Below are positions 49,332 to 58,499 of a stretch of 64,000 nt of DNA, one piece after another. The number at the start of each line of letters is the position of its first letter. The stretch's first letter is position 1. The stretch comes from Micavibrio sp. (GTDB lineage Bacteria > Patescibacteriota > Minisyncoccia > Moranbacterales > GCA-2747515), in NCBI GenBank assembly GCA_020718085.1, contig DYDB01000003.1:61569-125568 (forward strand), written 5' to 3'. Both the position numbers and the translations under genes were made by a program. The notes below the pieces were generated by a model. The model saw only the letters and a program-made list of their open reading frames with translations. It was not told the origin of the DNA and searched no databases.

Positions 49332-49489
49332 CATGTGCGAGAAAACTTTTTGGGCGCAATGTATGCAATTATCATTGCCACAACTGTACACAAACTCACA
49401 ATTGCCATCGTAATAACAGCACATAGCCATAATCCTACGATAAACAGAATTGCTCCCACAGCCGCTCTGACACTTTGACCATTTTGCAT
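49331..49489 (-). CDS. Unannotated small membrane protein (~52 aa), convergent with the xer gene
   Basis: Manual translation gives MQNGQSVRAAVGAILFIVGLWLCAVITMAIVSLCTVVAMIIAYIAPKKFSRT, with two TM helices. GAGGT lies 9 nt upstream of the ATG. Below the 60-aa cutoff of the ORF track. Confidence 0.4.
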   Translation of the reverse strand: MQNGQSVRAAVGAILFIVGLWLCAVITMAIVSLCTVVAMIIAYIAPKKFSRT

Positions 49490-49584
49490 TGTGATTACCT
49501 CATCATTCAGAATGTGAAAATGCCATATAAAAACCTTTCTCTATTTGCATCATACACATAAAACCTTTTTTTTGTAAACAAAAA

Positions 49585-49609
49585 ACACTCCCAATGAACA
49601 TGGGAGTGT
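49585..49609 (-). terminator. Intrinsic terminator after the hemerythrin gene
   Basis: cactccc-aatgaacat-gggagtg; T-run on the minus strand. Confidence 0.6.
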
Positions 49610-49626
49610 CGTAAAATACAAATTTA

Positions 49627-50046
49627 TTATTGGTTTTTTCCATGGTCTTGAAAATATTTTGCATAAACTTGGTCTTCTACCAAAATATGTTGTGTGAGCC
49701 ATGAGCCCATGAAATTTTCAATATCCAAAACAATTTTATTGGCATCAACACCATCCTGAATTTTATCTTTTAACTCATAATATTTATCCACAAAAACATC
49801 GTGCTTCTGTTTATGCGCTTCTACATCAGGATAGGTATTTTCTGTTAAATATCGCTCCTCATACTTAAAATGTTGATCCATGTAATCCTTGAAAAAATGT
49901 ATCATCTCATCCACCACATCATGTGCCGTATCATTGACAATAGCTTCCAGCAATTCATTGATCTTTCCAAAAAGTTGCTTGTGTTGCATGTCCAAAACAT
50001 CATTATGTACCGTCATATCTTCCGTCCATAAAAATTTGATTTCCAT
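49627..50046 (-). CDS. Bacteriohemerythrin (HHE cation-binding domain)
   Basis: MEIKFLWTEDMTVHNDVLDMQHKQLF...HFKYEERYL...HKQKHDVF...WLTQHIL: His/Glu ligand spacing of hemerythrins. 139 aa. Confidence 0.75.
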   Translation of the reverse strand: MEIKFLWTEDMTVHNDVLDMQHKQLFGKINELLEAIVNDTAHDVVDEMIHFFKDYMDQHFKYEERYLTENTYPDVEAHKQKHDVFVDKYYELKDKIQDGVDANKIVLDIENFMGSWLTQHILVEDQVYAKYFQDHGKNQ

Positions 50047-50124
50047 AAAAATCTTATACGTATTACTTTCTTAGTATATCATATTTAAAAGAATTACTAT
50101 TATCAAAGTTTTTTACTCTATTTT

Positions 50125-52287
50125 TTATACAACCTTTTCAAGTGGTGCGATACTTTTAGCGAGTTTTTTCAAACCGTATTCTTTAAAAACAACGTGAATG
50201 ATCAGATCCGTTTGCCCCACCACAATGCCTACACCAAAAGTCTTGTGTCGTACTTTATCACCATCCACAAACCCAGCATCTTTTTCCGGTTTGTAAAGAA
50301 CGCTTTTTGGCTTTTCTTCTTCTACATTATATGAAGATCTCGAAATTTTTGTGCATTCCTTTTCAAGCAAGTTATCTGGGATGTCCCCCAAAAAACGTGA
50401 TGGAATATTTGCTTGTAATGATCCAAAAAGCAATCTCTGCTGTGTACACAAAAAGTACACCTGTTTTTTTGCACGCGTAATTCCCACGTAGATCAAGCGT
50501 CGCTCTTCTTCCATCTCTTCTTCACTGACCATTGATCGACTATGTGGGATCAAACCCTCCTCTAATCCTGTAATGAAGACTACTGGAAACTCCAATCCTT
50601 TTGCACTGTGCAATGTCATGAGATGCACCATATTCGTATTATGATCGATCCTATCAGTATCACTCGCAAGAGAAATTTCTTCCACAAAAAGACGCATCGC
50701 ATTTTCTATGCCATCATATTTTGTTGCCACAGAAAGAAGTTCTTGTACGTTTTCATGCCGCACCTCACCTTCCATCGTGCCATCCAAAAGCACGCTCTTA
50801 TATCCGCTTTTTTCGTATGTGTGCATGATAATCTCTTCCAATTCATGCGTTTCTGCAAACTTCGTCAACTGATCGATCAATTGACAAAATTTACCAATGG
50901 TCACTTGTTTACTTTTTGCAATATGTGATTTTTGTAAATGCGCACTGCATCCAAATGAAATAGGATCCAACTGCACCGCACGCGATTCATCTAGCCACTG
51001 TGCAAATGTTTTACTACCAATGCCACGTTTTGGCTCAGATGCAGCACGTTCAAGCGACAAAATATCCATATGATTAACGATCAATCGAATATATGCCACC
51101 ATATCCTTCACTTCTTTGCGTTCATAAAATTTGATACCACCAACGATACGATAATTAACCCCGTTTTTCAAAAAAAATTCTTCAATCACACGCGATTGTG
51201 CATTCGTACGATATAACACAACAAAGTCACTTTCTGTGTATCCCTCCACTTTGAGCGCATTAATGCGTGAGACAATATACATCGCTTCTTCACGCTCATC
51301 ATGGGCTTCATATATAAAGAGCTTATTTCCCGAACCGGATTGTGTCCAAATACTTTTATCGCTGCGACCTACGTTGTGTTTGATCACATAGTACGCAGCA
51401 TCGAGAATGTTTTGTGTTGAACGATAATTCTGTTCCAATTTGATCACCGTTGCTTTTGCAAAATCATGTTCAAAATTAAGAATGTTGCTCACATCGGCAC
51501 CACGCCACTTATAAATAGATTGCCAATCATCACCCACGACAAAAATATTCTGATGGACCTTTGTCAACATTTTGATAAGTGTGTATTGTGCATAATTTGT
51601 GTCCTGATATTCATCTACAAGCACAAAATGAAATCTCTCCTGATATTTTTTGAGCACATCCGGATATTCTTTGAAAAGCGCGATCGTCAGCCTGATGAGA
51701 TCATCAAAATCAAGACTGTGATTTTCACGCAGCGTCCGCTGATAATGATCATACACACGTGCAATATTTTCTTCTACATAGTTTTCAATTTGAGTACTGA
51801 ATGCATCCGGGGACAATAGATCATTTTTTGCGCGAGAAATGCTTTCCAAGACGGCACGTGGCGTAAATTGCTGTTTTGACAGATCCAGTTCTTTGAGAAT
51901 TTTTTTTATCAACACAAGTTGATCTTGCTGATCTAAAATTGAAAAAGAGCTATCATAGCCTAAAAAATGAATATCTTCTCGCAAAATCTTCACACACACA
52001 CTGTGAAATGTGCCAATAAGCGGTCGTGCAAATCGTAAATCTATTTGCTGCGCCACACGTATGCGCATTTCTGCAGCCGCCTTATTGGTGAATGTTACAG
52101 CGAGAATTTGCGATGGTGCCACGGCACGCTCACGAATGAGATATGCGATTCGCCGTGTCAGCGCCGTAGTTTTACCTGAACCGGCACCTGCAATCACCAA
52201 AAATGGACCCTTAAATGCCTTAACTGCTTCAATTTGCGGTTGATTTAACCCTTCCAATAATTTTGTCATATTTGTCCATTGTAACAC
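50125..52287 (-). CDS. pcrA: ATP-dependent DNA helicase PcrA/UvrD (superfamily 1)
   Basis: AGAGSGKTTALTRRIAYLI (Walker A), VLVDEYQDTN, and helicase motifs through TLHSAKGLEFPVVF. 720 aa. Confidence 0.9.
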   Translation of the reverse strand: MLQWTNMTKLLEGLNQPQIEAVKAFKGPFLVIAGAGSGKTTALTRRIAYLIRERAVAPSQILAVTFTNKAAAEMRIRVAQQIDLRFARPLIGTFHSVCVKILREDIHFLGYDSSFSILDQQDQLVLIKKILKELDLSKQQFTPRAVLESISRAKNDLLSPDAFSTQIENYVEENIARVYDHYQRTLRENHSLDFDDLIRLTIALFKEYPDVLKKYQERFHFVLVDEYQDTNYAQYTLIKMLTKVHQNIFVVGDDWQSIYKWRGADVSNILNFEHDFAKATVIKLEQNYRSTQNILDAAYYVIKHNVGRSDKSIWTQSGSGNKLFIYEAHDEREEAMYIVSRINALKVEGYTESDFVVLYRTNAQSRVIEEFFLKNGVNYRIVGGIKFYERKEVKDMVAYIRLIVNHMDILSLERAASEPKRGIGSKTFAQWLDESRAVQLDPISFGCSAHLQKSHIAKSKQVTIGKFCQLIDQLTKFAETHELEEIIMHTYEKSGYKSVLLDGTMEGEVRHENVQELLSVATKYDGIENAMRLFVEEISLASDTDRIDHNTNMVHLMTLHSAKGLEFPVVFITGLEEGLIPHSRSMVSEEEMEEERRLIYVGITRAKKQVYFLCTQQRLLFGSLQANIPSRFLGDIPDNLLEKECTKISRSSYNVEEEKPKSVLYKPEKDAGFVDGDKVRHKTFGVGIVVGQTDLIIHVVFKEYGLKKLAKSIAPLEKVV

Positions 52288-52332
52288 AATATACGAGAGC
52301 TTAGGAGTCTATACAAAAGACTTTTTTGTGAT

Positions 52333-53982
52333 ATGATACGGGATATGAAAACATCAAAAATATCGTTTTTTTTGAACCAAGCGGCACAAAAAAAAATCTC
52401 TATATATCATATTATTACAACATTTCTTGCAATTATTTCCGTACGTTTTTGCATAGAATTATGGGCAACGTCTTTTACATCGCATGATACGAGCTTTTAT
52501 TTCTTCGGTTTTTTGCATACAACGTTGTTTTTTTATATCATCACCATCTGTTGTGTGTGGCTTTTGGTACGCATTGCAGATCTTCCGATCACACATGCAC
52601 TGACGCTATTTCTCTATGGTTTTCTCTTGGTCATTTTCCCGCCAATTATCGACTATATAATCTCAACTTCTTTTTATAACGGTACACAATTTCTGAGTTA
52701 CTATCTTTTTGATAGTCTGCCTGGACTATGGCACAGTTTTCTCACATTTTTTGGTGATCATCCGCGCGATGGCATCACCTATGGCACACGCACCATCATC
52801 ATTCTCACGATCTTTGCAATGAGCACGATCACATATTATAGTACGAAAAAAATATCGCGTGCATTTTTGATCGCATTTTGTACATACATTGTTTTCTTCT
52901 TTTTTAGTGCGCTTCCGTCCTTTCTAGCTGCTCTCGTCACTGATACGCATGTTACAATAGCAAAACACTCTGTCGCAAGCTTTATTGCGTCACCCACAAA
53001 TATTCTCAACAATCCAATTACACACCCTTTCAATGCGATCGTGACAAAAATGACCCTTGTCTATATATTGATCGCATTAATTCTCACCATAATTGCACTC
53101 TATAAAACACAAAAAGTGAGACTTCTCTCACTTCTCAAGAACGTGCGCCCGATACAATCTCTTTATCACATCGGACTTGTAAGCGTTGGCATGGGTACGG
53201 CAGTTATTTTTGGCAATGGCGTCTTTATACCAAACTTTTTTTCTTTATTGGCGATCCTCATAATTTATTGCGCGGTGATTATCGGTTGGTACGGCACTGT
53301 CGTTTTTAATGATATTGTCGATATTGAGATCGATAAGATCACCAATCCGACGCGACCACTCGTACTCAAAACCATATCTGTACGATCCTATGGTCACATT
53401 GGCGTTGCGTGCACTCTTCTATCACTCTTATTGGTTGCATGCATCAACTACCACGCAACGATAGCGCTGATCTTTTATCACGCATTATCATTTTTATATA
53501 ACACACCACCGCTGCACCTCAAACGTTTCCCTCTTATTGCTACATTTACCGCCTCACTCGCGTCTTTTTGCCTCGTGATCATGGGCTATATCATGATCAC
53601 AGACACACATTCGTTACAACATTTTCCTCCACACATCGCAATTCTTCTTATTACTGCTTACACCATTTCTCTACCTATTAAAGACCTCAAAGATATAGAG
53701 GGTGACAAGAAAAACCGTGTCTATACGATCCCTGTTATTTTTGGAGAAAAGATTGGCAGATTATTGATCGCATGTGGCATTTTCATATCCTTTACTCTCA
53801 GTATCTTTACCTTCAATAACCTATCATTATTGTGGCCGGCATTGCTTGCTGGCACACTGTGTTTTTGGACGCTCATTGGCACGCGACAAAAAAAATTCAT
53901 TTTTGATCCCTATACAAGCGTTGGCATTGTCTTTGTAATCGTATCACTTTTTGCCCTCATCCTCACAATTTCTCTTCTGTAA
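52333..53982 (+). CDS. UbiA-family prenyltransferase with an extra N-terminal polytopic membrane domain
   Basis: The C-terminal half carries both Asp-rich UbiA motifs: NDIVDIEIDKITNPTRPL and KDLKDIEGDKKNRVYTIP. The N-terminal ~270 aa are an additional multi-TM region. Confidence 0.65.
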   Translation: MIRDMKTSKISFFLNQAAQKKISIYHIITTFLAIISVRFCIELWATSFTSHDTSFYFFGFLHTTLFFYIITICCVWLLVRIADLPITHALTLFLYGFLLVIFPPIIDYIISTSFYNGTQFLSYYLFDSLPGLWHSFLTFFGDHPRDGITYGTRTIIILTIFAMSTITYYSTKKISRAFLIAFCTYIVFFFFSALPSFLAALVTDTHVTIAKHSVASFIASPTNILNNPITHPFNAIVTKMTLVYILIALILTIIALYKTQKVRLLSLLKNVRPIQSLYHIGLVSVGMGTAVIFGNGVFIPNFFSLLAILIIYCAVIIGWYGTVVFNDIVDIEIDKITNPTRPLVLKTISVRSYGHIGVACTLLSLLLVACINYHATIALIFYHALSFLYNTPPLHLKRFPLIATFTASLASFCLVIMGYIMITDTHSLQHFPPHIAILLITAYTISLPIKDLKDIEGDKKNRVYTIPVIFGEKIGRLLIACGIFISFTLSIFTFNNLSLLWPALLAGTLCFWTLIGTRQKKFIFDPYTSVGIVFVIVSLFALILTISLL

Positions 53983-54768
53983 TATTTCTTGTGTTAAAGA
54001 GATCCATTGTGCGATACTTAATTCTTGTGCACGCACATTCTCTTTGATGGCAACTGCATGCAAAATTGCAACAACATCATCTTTACTTATATGCAATCCA
54101 TTCGCCAAATTATTGGATAGTGTTTTGCGCCGTGCACTGAATCCCATTTTAACGATACGAAAAAGATCCTTTGTGTCAAAATTACTATCTGCATGTTCAT
54201 TTTTCATCGTTAATGTGATCACTGCACTATCCACTGCAGGCACAGGCTCAAAATCTTCGCGCGGTACGGTAAATCCATATGTCACATGTGCATAATATTG
54301 TGCCGCTACGGCAATAATGCTCATCTTTCCAGGCTCTGCGCTCAAGCGTTCCGCCATCTCCTTTTGTACCATGAGCGTTACTGTTTGTGGTGAGCGCTCT
54401 TGTTCAAGAAATAATCGAATGATCGGTGCCGTAATATAATATGGGATATTTGCCACAACTTTATATGTATCATATTGTGCGATCAGTTCATTGATATTCA
54501 TATGTAACACATCACCGTGTACGATCGTCACATTATCAAAGTTTTCAAATCGTTTGTCGAGCGTGGAGATCAATCGATCATCTAATTCGATCGCGATCAC
54601 TTTTTTTGCCCTTTGAGCAAGCACTTCTGTAAGCACGCCCTGCCCTGGTCCGATCTCGATGACCACATCATCTTTCGTGATCGCAGAAAAATCAACGATC
54701 CGTGCAATAACTGCATCGTTTTTCAGAAAATTCTGTCCCAATGATTTTTTGTGTGCAAATTGTGTCAT
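53944..54768 (-). CDS. rsmA: 16S rRNA (adenine1518/1519-N6)-dimethyltransferase
   Basis: KSLGQNFLKNDAVIARIV...VIEIGPGQGVLT, a SAM-binding motif of KsgA. The 3' end overlaps the UbiA gene by ~39 bp (convergent). Confidence 0.9.
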   Translation of the reverse strand: MTQFAHKKSLGQNFLKNDAVIARIVDFSAITKDDVVIEIGPGQGVLTEVLAQRAKKVIAIELDDRLISTLDKRFENFDNVTIVHGDVLHMNINELIAQYDTYKVVANIPYYITAPIIRLFLEQERSPQTVTLMVQKEMAERLSAEPGKMSIIAVAAQYYAHVTYGFTVPREDFEPVPAVDSAVITLTMKNEHADSNFDTKDLFRIVKMGFSARRKTLSNNLANGLHISKDDVVAILHAVAIKENVRAQELSIAQWISLTQEILQKRNCEDEGKK

Positions 54769-54845
54769 AACGTATCATCTTATTTTATGTGATCAACAAG
54801 GCACTGTAGCACAAAATTTGCTAGCAATCAAACATTCACCGAAGA

Positions 54846-55325
54846 TCAATATGCGATTTTATCCTCTTTTTGTTCCCATGCATGAAACGCCTCCATCGCT
54901 TCATCGTGAAGCAATTGCTCCATCGGTAATTGCCTCTGCGCTTTATCCAGTGCAAGCTCTTCATAAATGAACTGATCATCAAAGCCGATCGTAGCGGCAT
55001 CCTCTTTGGTATTTGCGTAGTAGACGGCATCGAGATGTGACCAATACACAGCTCCCACACACATCGGACATGGCTCACAATTTGTATACAATACACATCC
55101 CGTGAGATCAAACGTGCCAAGTTTTTCACATGCACACCGGATCGCAACAACTTCTGCATGCATTGTTGGATCATTTTGTGATGTCACCTGATTGTTCCCC
55201 TCCGCAATGATCTCACCATCCTTCACGATCACTGCACCAAATGGTCCACCATCACGATCTTGCATACCCTGTAAAGATAATGCGATTGCCCTTTTCATAA
55301 AAATGTTATGTTGTTCTTGTGTCAT
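54846..55325 (-). CDS. CDA-fold nucleoside/nucleotide deaminase (guanine deaminase/TadA-like)
   Basis: HAE...PCxxC zinc motif (DPTMHAEVVAI...CEPCPMCVGAVYW). C-terminal GFDDQFIYEEL resembles B. subtilis GuaD. Confidence 0.7.
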   Translation of the reverse strand: MTQEQHNIFMKRAIALSLQGMQDRDGGPFGAVIVKDGEIIAEGNNQVTSQNDPTMHAEVVAIRCACEKLGTFDLTGCVLYTNCEPCPMCVGAVYWSHLDAVYYANTKEDAATIGFDDQFIYEELALDKAQRQLPMEQLLHDEAMEAFHAWEQKEDKIAY

Positions 55326-55353
55326 AATAATGTGCTAATTAATACAAAATATT

Positions 55354-56325
55354 TTAATCATTCACGATCTCTTCCATCTTCACATTGATCACGCCCGTGC
55401 CAAGCGACGCAATCTTTTCAAATGCCACTTTATCCAAATCGATAATACGCCCGGCAACGAATGGCCCTCTATCGTTAATACGTACGATCACAGATTTTCC
55501 ATTTTCTTGGTTGGTGACACGCGCATAAGAACCAATTGGCATCCACGGATTTGCCGCACTGAGCGTGCCTGTATGTGCATACCACGAGCAACCACCTGTA
55601 TGTTTTTTGCCCACCACGACCTTCGTGCCTTGCACAACAACTTCTGTCACCGGTTCTTTTGTCACCGTTTCGCTTTTAACTTCCCGCGCCACCTCTTCAC
55701 CGTCATGATATGCCACCTCATAAATGATCTCTTTCGCACCATTTTCCCCTTTTTGTTCCGTAAATCGTTTGAGAAAATTTACTGAATCATCTTCACGTTC
55801 TTCTGTTTTATATGAAATTTTTTTTGTCACTGTTTCTTCCTTGATCACCACACGAATAATGGTGGCATCCATATCCGCATACACAAGCGCATCGCGTGAT
55901 GGTTTTATGATATCATTTTTTTCGATCGTCACCCCACTGCGCGTAATTGCATGGATGAGATCATCACGAAATGTTCGCACATCCTTCTCCTCACCATCCA
56001 CAGAAACTTTTACCACATGTTCACGGGTAATTGTGATCACATCCTCATCAAATATTTTTTGATCCATAGGCGGGAAAACGCGATCGGCCTCTGAAATTGT
56101 GGGATCATAATAGGCAATCACATCTGCAACAGTCACGGCTGGAATGTCTTGCAGAGCAATTTTGCGTCCATCATCGCTAACCGTGATCGTGTGCACACTG
56201 ACCGTTTGTGTAAATTGATGCCGTGCACGAAAAAAGATTGCCCACACAATGATGCCCACAATACCGCACAAAATGGCAATAAAAGCCACTTTTTTGATGA
56301 ATTTTACACGCACTCGTCTATGCAT
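55354..56325 (-). CDS. YabE-like cell-wall-binding protein (DUF348 / G5 / 3D domains)
   Basis: TM anchor, a G5-like segment, and a C-terminal 3D domain (GGCSWYAHTGTLSAANPWMPIGSYARVTN...VAGRIIDLDKVAFEKIA). Confidence 0.65.
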   Translation of the reverse strand: MHRRVRVKFIKKVAFIAILCGIVGIIVWAIFFRARHQFTQTVSVHTITVSDDGRKIALQDIPAVTVADVIAYYDPTISEADRVFPPMDQKIFDEDVITITREHVVKVSVDGEEKDVRTFRDDLIHAITRSGVTIEKNDIIKPSRDALVYADMDATIIRVVIKEETVTKKISYKTEEREDDSVNFLKRFTEQKGENGAKEIIYEVAYHDGEEVAREVKSETVTKEPVTEVVVQGTKVVVGKKHTGGCSWYAHTGTLSAANPWMPIGSYARVTNQENGKSVIVRINDRGPFVAGRIIDLDKVAFEKIASLGTGVINVKMEEIVND

Positions 56326-56531
56326 ACTCTCACTATTATATATGAATACACCAAAAAAATATATCCACACACCTTCAAAATTTACAGAAATCATGCCAAA
56401 TCAACAACAAACATTGTGCAAAATTAGAAGTTCGCGTATAAATAAGTTACTGGAAATATTATTCCTCTATGTTTAATTTATTAATGTTTTTAGAAAAGAC
56501 TAAAGCAATACACTTGGGGGGAGAAACAACT

Positions 56532-56963
56532 ATGATACTAGGAACACTACCAAAGGATTTTAATCCGAAATTTGAGGCTGTTGGCAGCTTTGTTCAATAC
56601 AATGGTGAAATAATTTTGTTACATCGACAAGATCATAAGTCGCAAGGAGGAACGTGGGGAATCCCATCAGGGAAAAAAGATGATGGAGAAAATCCGATTG
56701 ATACGGCTTGCCGTGAGACCGCAGAAGAAACAGGAGTGATTATTTCTCGTGATGAAATGAGATTTTTTTCAACAGTTTACGTTAGATTTGCAGATTATGA
56801 TTTTGTCTATCATATGTATCACACTAAGTTGAAAAACAAGCCTAAGATAAAAATCAACGAGCATGAACACAAAGATGCAAAGTGGGTTTCACCAAAAAAT
56901 GCATTGGCTTTACCGTTGATCGAAGACCTTGCTGATTGCATACGATTATTTTTTGACATGTAA
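56532..56963 (+). CDS. NUDIX hydrolase
   Basis: Nudix box GGTWGIPSGKKDDGENPIDTACRETAEETGV (Gx5Ex7REUxEExGU). Start is probably MILGTL. Confidence 0.75.
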   Translation: MILGTLPKDFNPKFEAVGSFVQYNGEIILLHRQDHKSQGGTWGIPSGKKDDGENPIDTACRETAEETGVIISRDEMRFFSTVYVRFADYDFVYHMYHTKLKNKPKIKINEHEHKDAKWVSPKNALALPLIEDLADCIRLFFDM

Positions 56964-56966
56964 CTC

Positions 56967-56997
56967 GAAGAGATAAACATAAATTTATCTCTTTTTT
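56967..56997 (+). terminator. Intrinsic terminator after the NUDIX gene
   Basis: agagataaa-cataa-atttatctct followed by ttttt. Confidence 0.6.
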
Positions 56998-57068
56998 AAA
57001 AGCCTTATTTACAATAAGGGGTGTAAAAACAATACTTCAGATATGTCGAAACATTGTGTATTTTTAGA

Positions 57069-57593
57069 TTATTGTGCTATCTTTACAAAATTTATATCAG
57101 ATGGCAGGTCAAACACGGATTCAACCGGCTTCCACACCTCACAAGTGTGACCGTTTATCCTCATGTTTTGAGTTACGCCTTCATAAAGCCCCCTTGTTTC
57201 GATTGTTGATTTTTCTCCCTCTTTTTGATCACTGTACCAAACATAACGAGCATTGTCACTTTCGATTGTATGCATTACTCGACCTTCAGGAAATGCCACT
57301 TCTTGATGTTCACGGTCACCAGATACATACGTAGTAATGGTCATACCCCCTCCCTTACCCACATTGCTCCAAATGCATTTCAAATTCCTTTGTTCAATTT
57401 GTTTTGGAGCGGAAACTGAATCATTTTTTTTATCTGAATCCGCTTTTGTTTTTGATGTTGTTTTTTCATTGGTTACGACACTTTGGTCTGCTCGGTATTC
57501 GAGAGATTTTTCCGGATTCTTTTGATCACTACATCCAGTTAAAAGGAATACACAAAAAATTATAAGGGTACCGGCAAATTTTGAATTATTCAT
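57069..57593 (-). CDS. Lipoprotein, hypothetical
   Basis: Signal peptide ending in the lipobox LLTGCSDQ. Soluble beta-rich domain. Confidence 0.55.
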   Translation of the reverse strand: MNNSKFAGTLIIFCVFLLTGCSDQKNPEKSLEYRADQSVVTNEKTTSKTKADSDKKNDSVSAPKQIEQRNLKCIWSNVGKGGGMTITTYVSGDREHQEVAFPEGRVMHTIESDNARYVWYSDQKEGEKSTIETRGLYEGVTQNMRINGHTCEVWKPVESVFDLPSDINFVKIAQ

Positions 57594-58040
57594 ATTTTTT
57601 TTATTATTTTGATACTGGTTATATTCTATCATTTTTTAAAATAAAATTAAACTCGACACAATCATTTTCATAATATGTACTTTTCATTTTTTATCAGTCC
57701 TTTTATAAGTTTTTAATAATAAAAAGGTTCGCAGCATCAAACTACAAACCTTTTTGCAACGGAATTTTCCGATGTTCATTTTCTCTTCTTATATACCAAG
57801 ACAACCTCACTTCTTCGTACTGTCTTGTTGATATTTAGAATATGGTAACTTGGAATAGCAGCGAGGCCATGCGTACCATATTTTTTCTTCATCGTCACAA
57901 TTTCTCCGATCAAACCACAGACACACCCAGAATTATCGCCATGTGTTTTTGCTTCACACTTTTTCACTCTGACACATTTCCCAATGATTTCATCATCCTT
58001 TTTCTTGATCCTGTTTTTCTCCTATCTGTACTGAAAACAC

Positions 58041-58487
58041 GTGGCTGTGTTACACTTTTCTTATATACAAATTTTTATGAGATCATCAACTCACATTATT
58101 ACAAATAGTTCTATCGGGACGCTACTGTATATTTATACCGAAATTACCCCAATACTTTTAATCTTATTCGTGATTTGGGGTGGTCTTCTCATGGATATTG
58201 ACCACATTGTTTTGTTTATGACGAAATACAAACTTTTTACTTTAAAGAAGTGGATCGAAATAACAAGAACTTTATATAAAAAACGACAAGCAGAATTATA
58301 TATTTTTCATTCTCCAGAATTTCATATAGTTTTGATCGTTTTGTCATTTTTTCATGAATTGTTCTTGTGGATACTATTAGGGTCCGCAATACACATAATG
58401 TTGGATATTCTCTCTCATTACCATTATCACAAAAATTTTCGTTTTCTCTTAGTGTGGAGCTTATTCTATCACATCACAAGAAATTAA
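58041..58487 (+). CDS. Hypothetical His-rich membrane protein (possibly membrane-bound metal-dependent hydrolase, YdjM/DUF457-like)
   Basis: 4 TM helices with conserved-looking His (DIDHIV, HIMLDILSHYHYH). Family assignment is tentative. Confidence 0.4.
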   Translation: MAVLHFSYIQIFMRSSTHIITNSSIGTLLYIYTEITPILLILFVIWGGLLMDIDHIVLFMTKYKLFTLKKWIEITRTLYKKRQAELYIFHSPEFHIVLIVLSFFHELFLWILLGSAIHIMLDILSHYHYHKNFRFLLVWSLFYHITRN

Positions 58488-58499
58488 TGGATTTTCGAC

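Noticed and set aside
57633-58040. Small ORFs 57776..57967 (-) and 57842..58108 (+) in a 400-bp gap
   Set aside because: The two mutually overlap, have no RBS and no recognisable motifs. The gap may contain a promoter for the downstream membrane protein instead.
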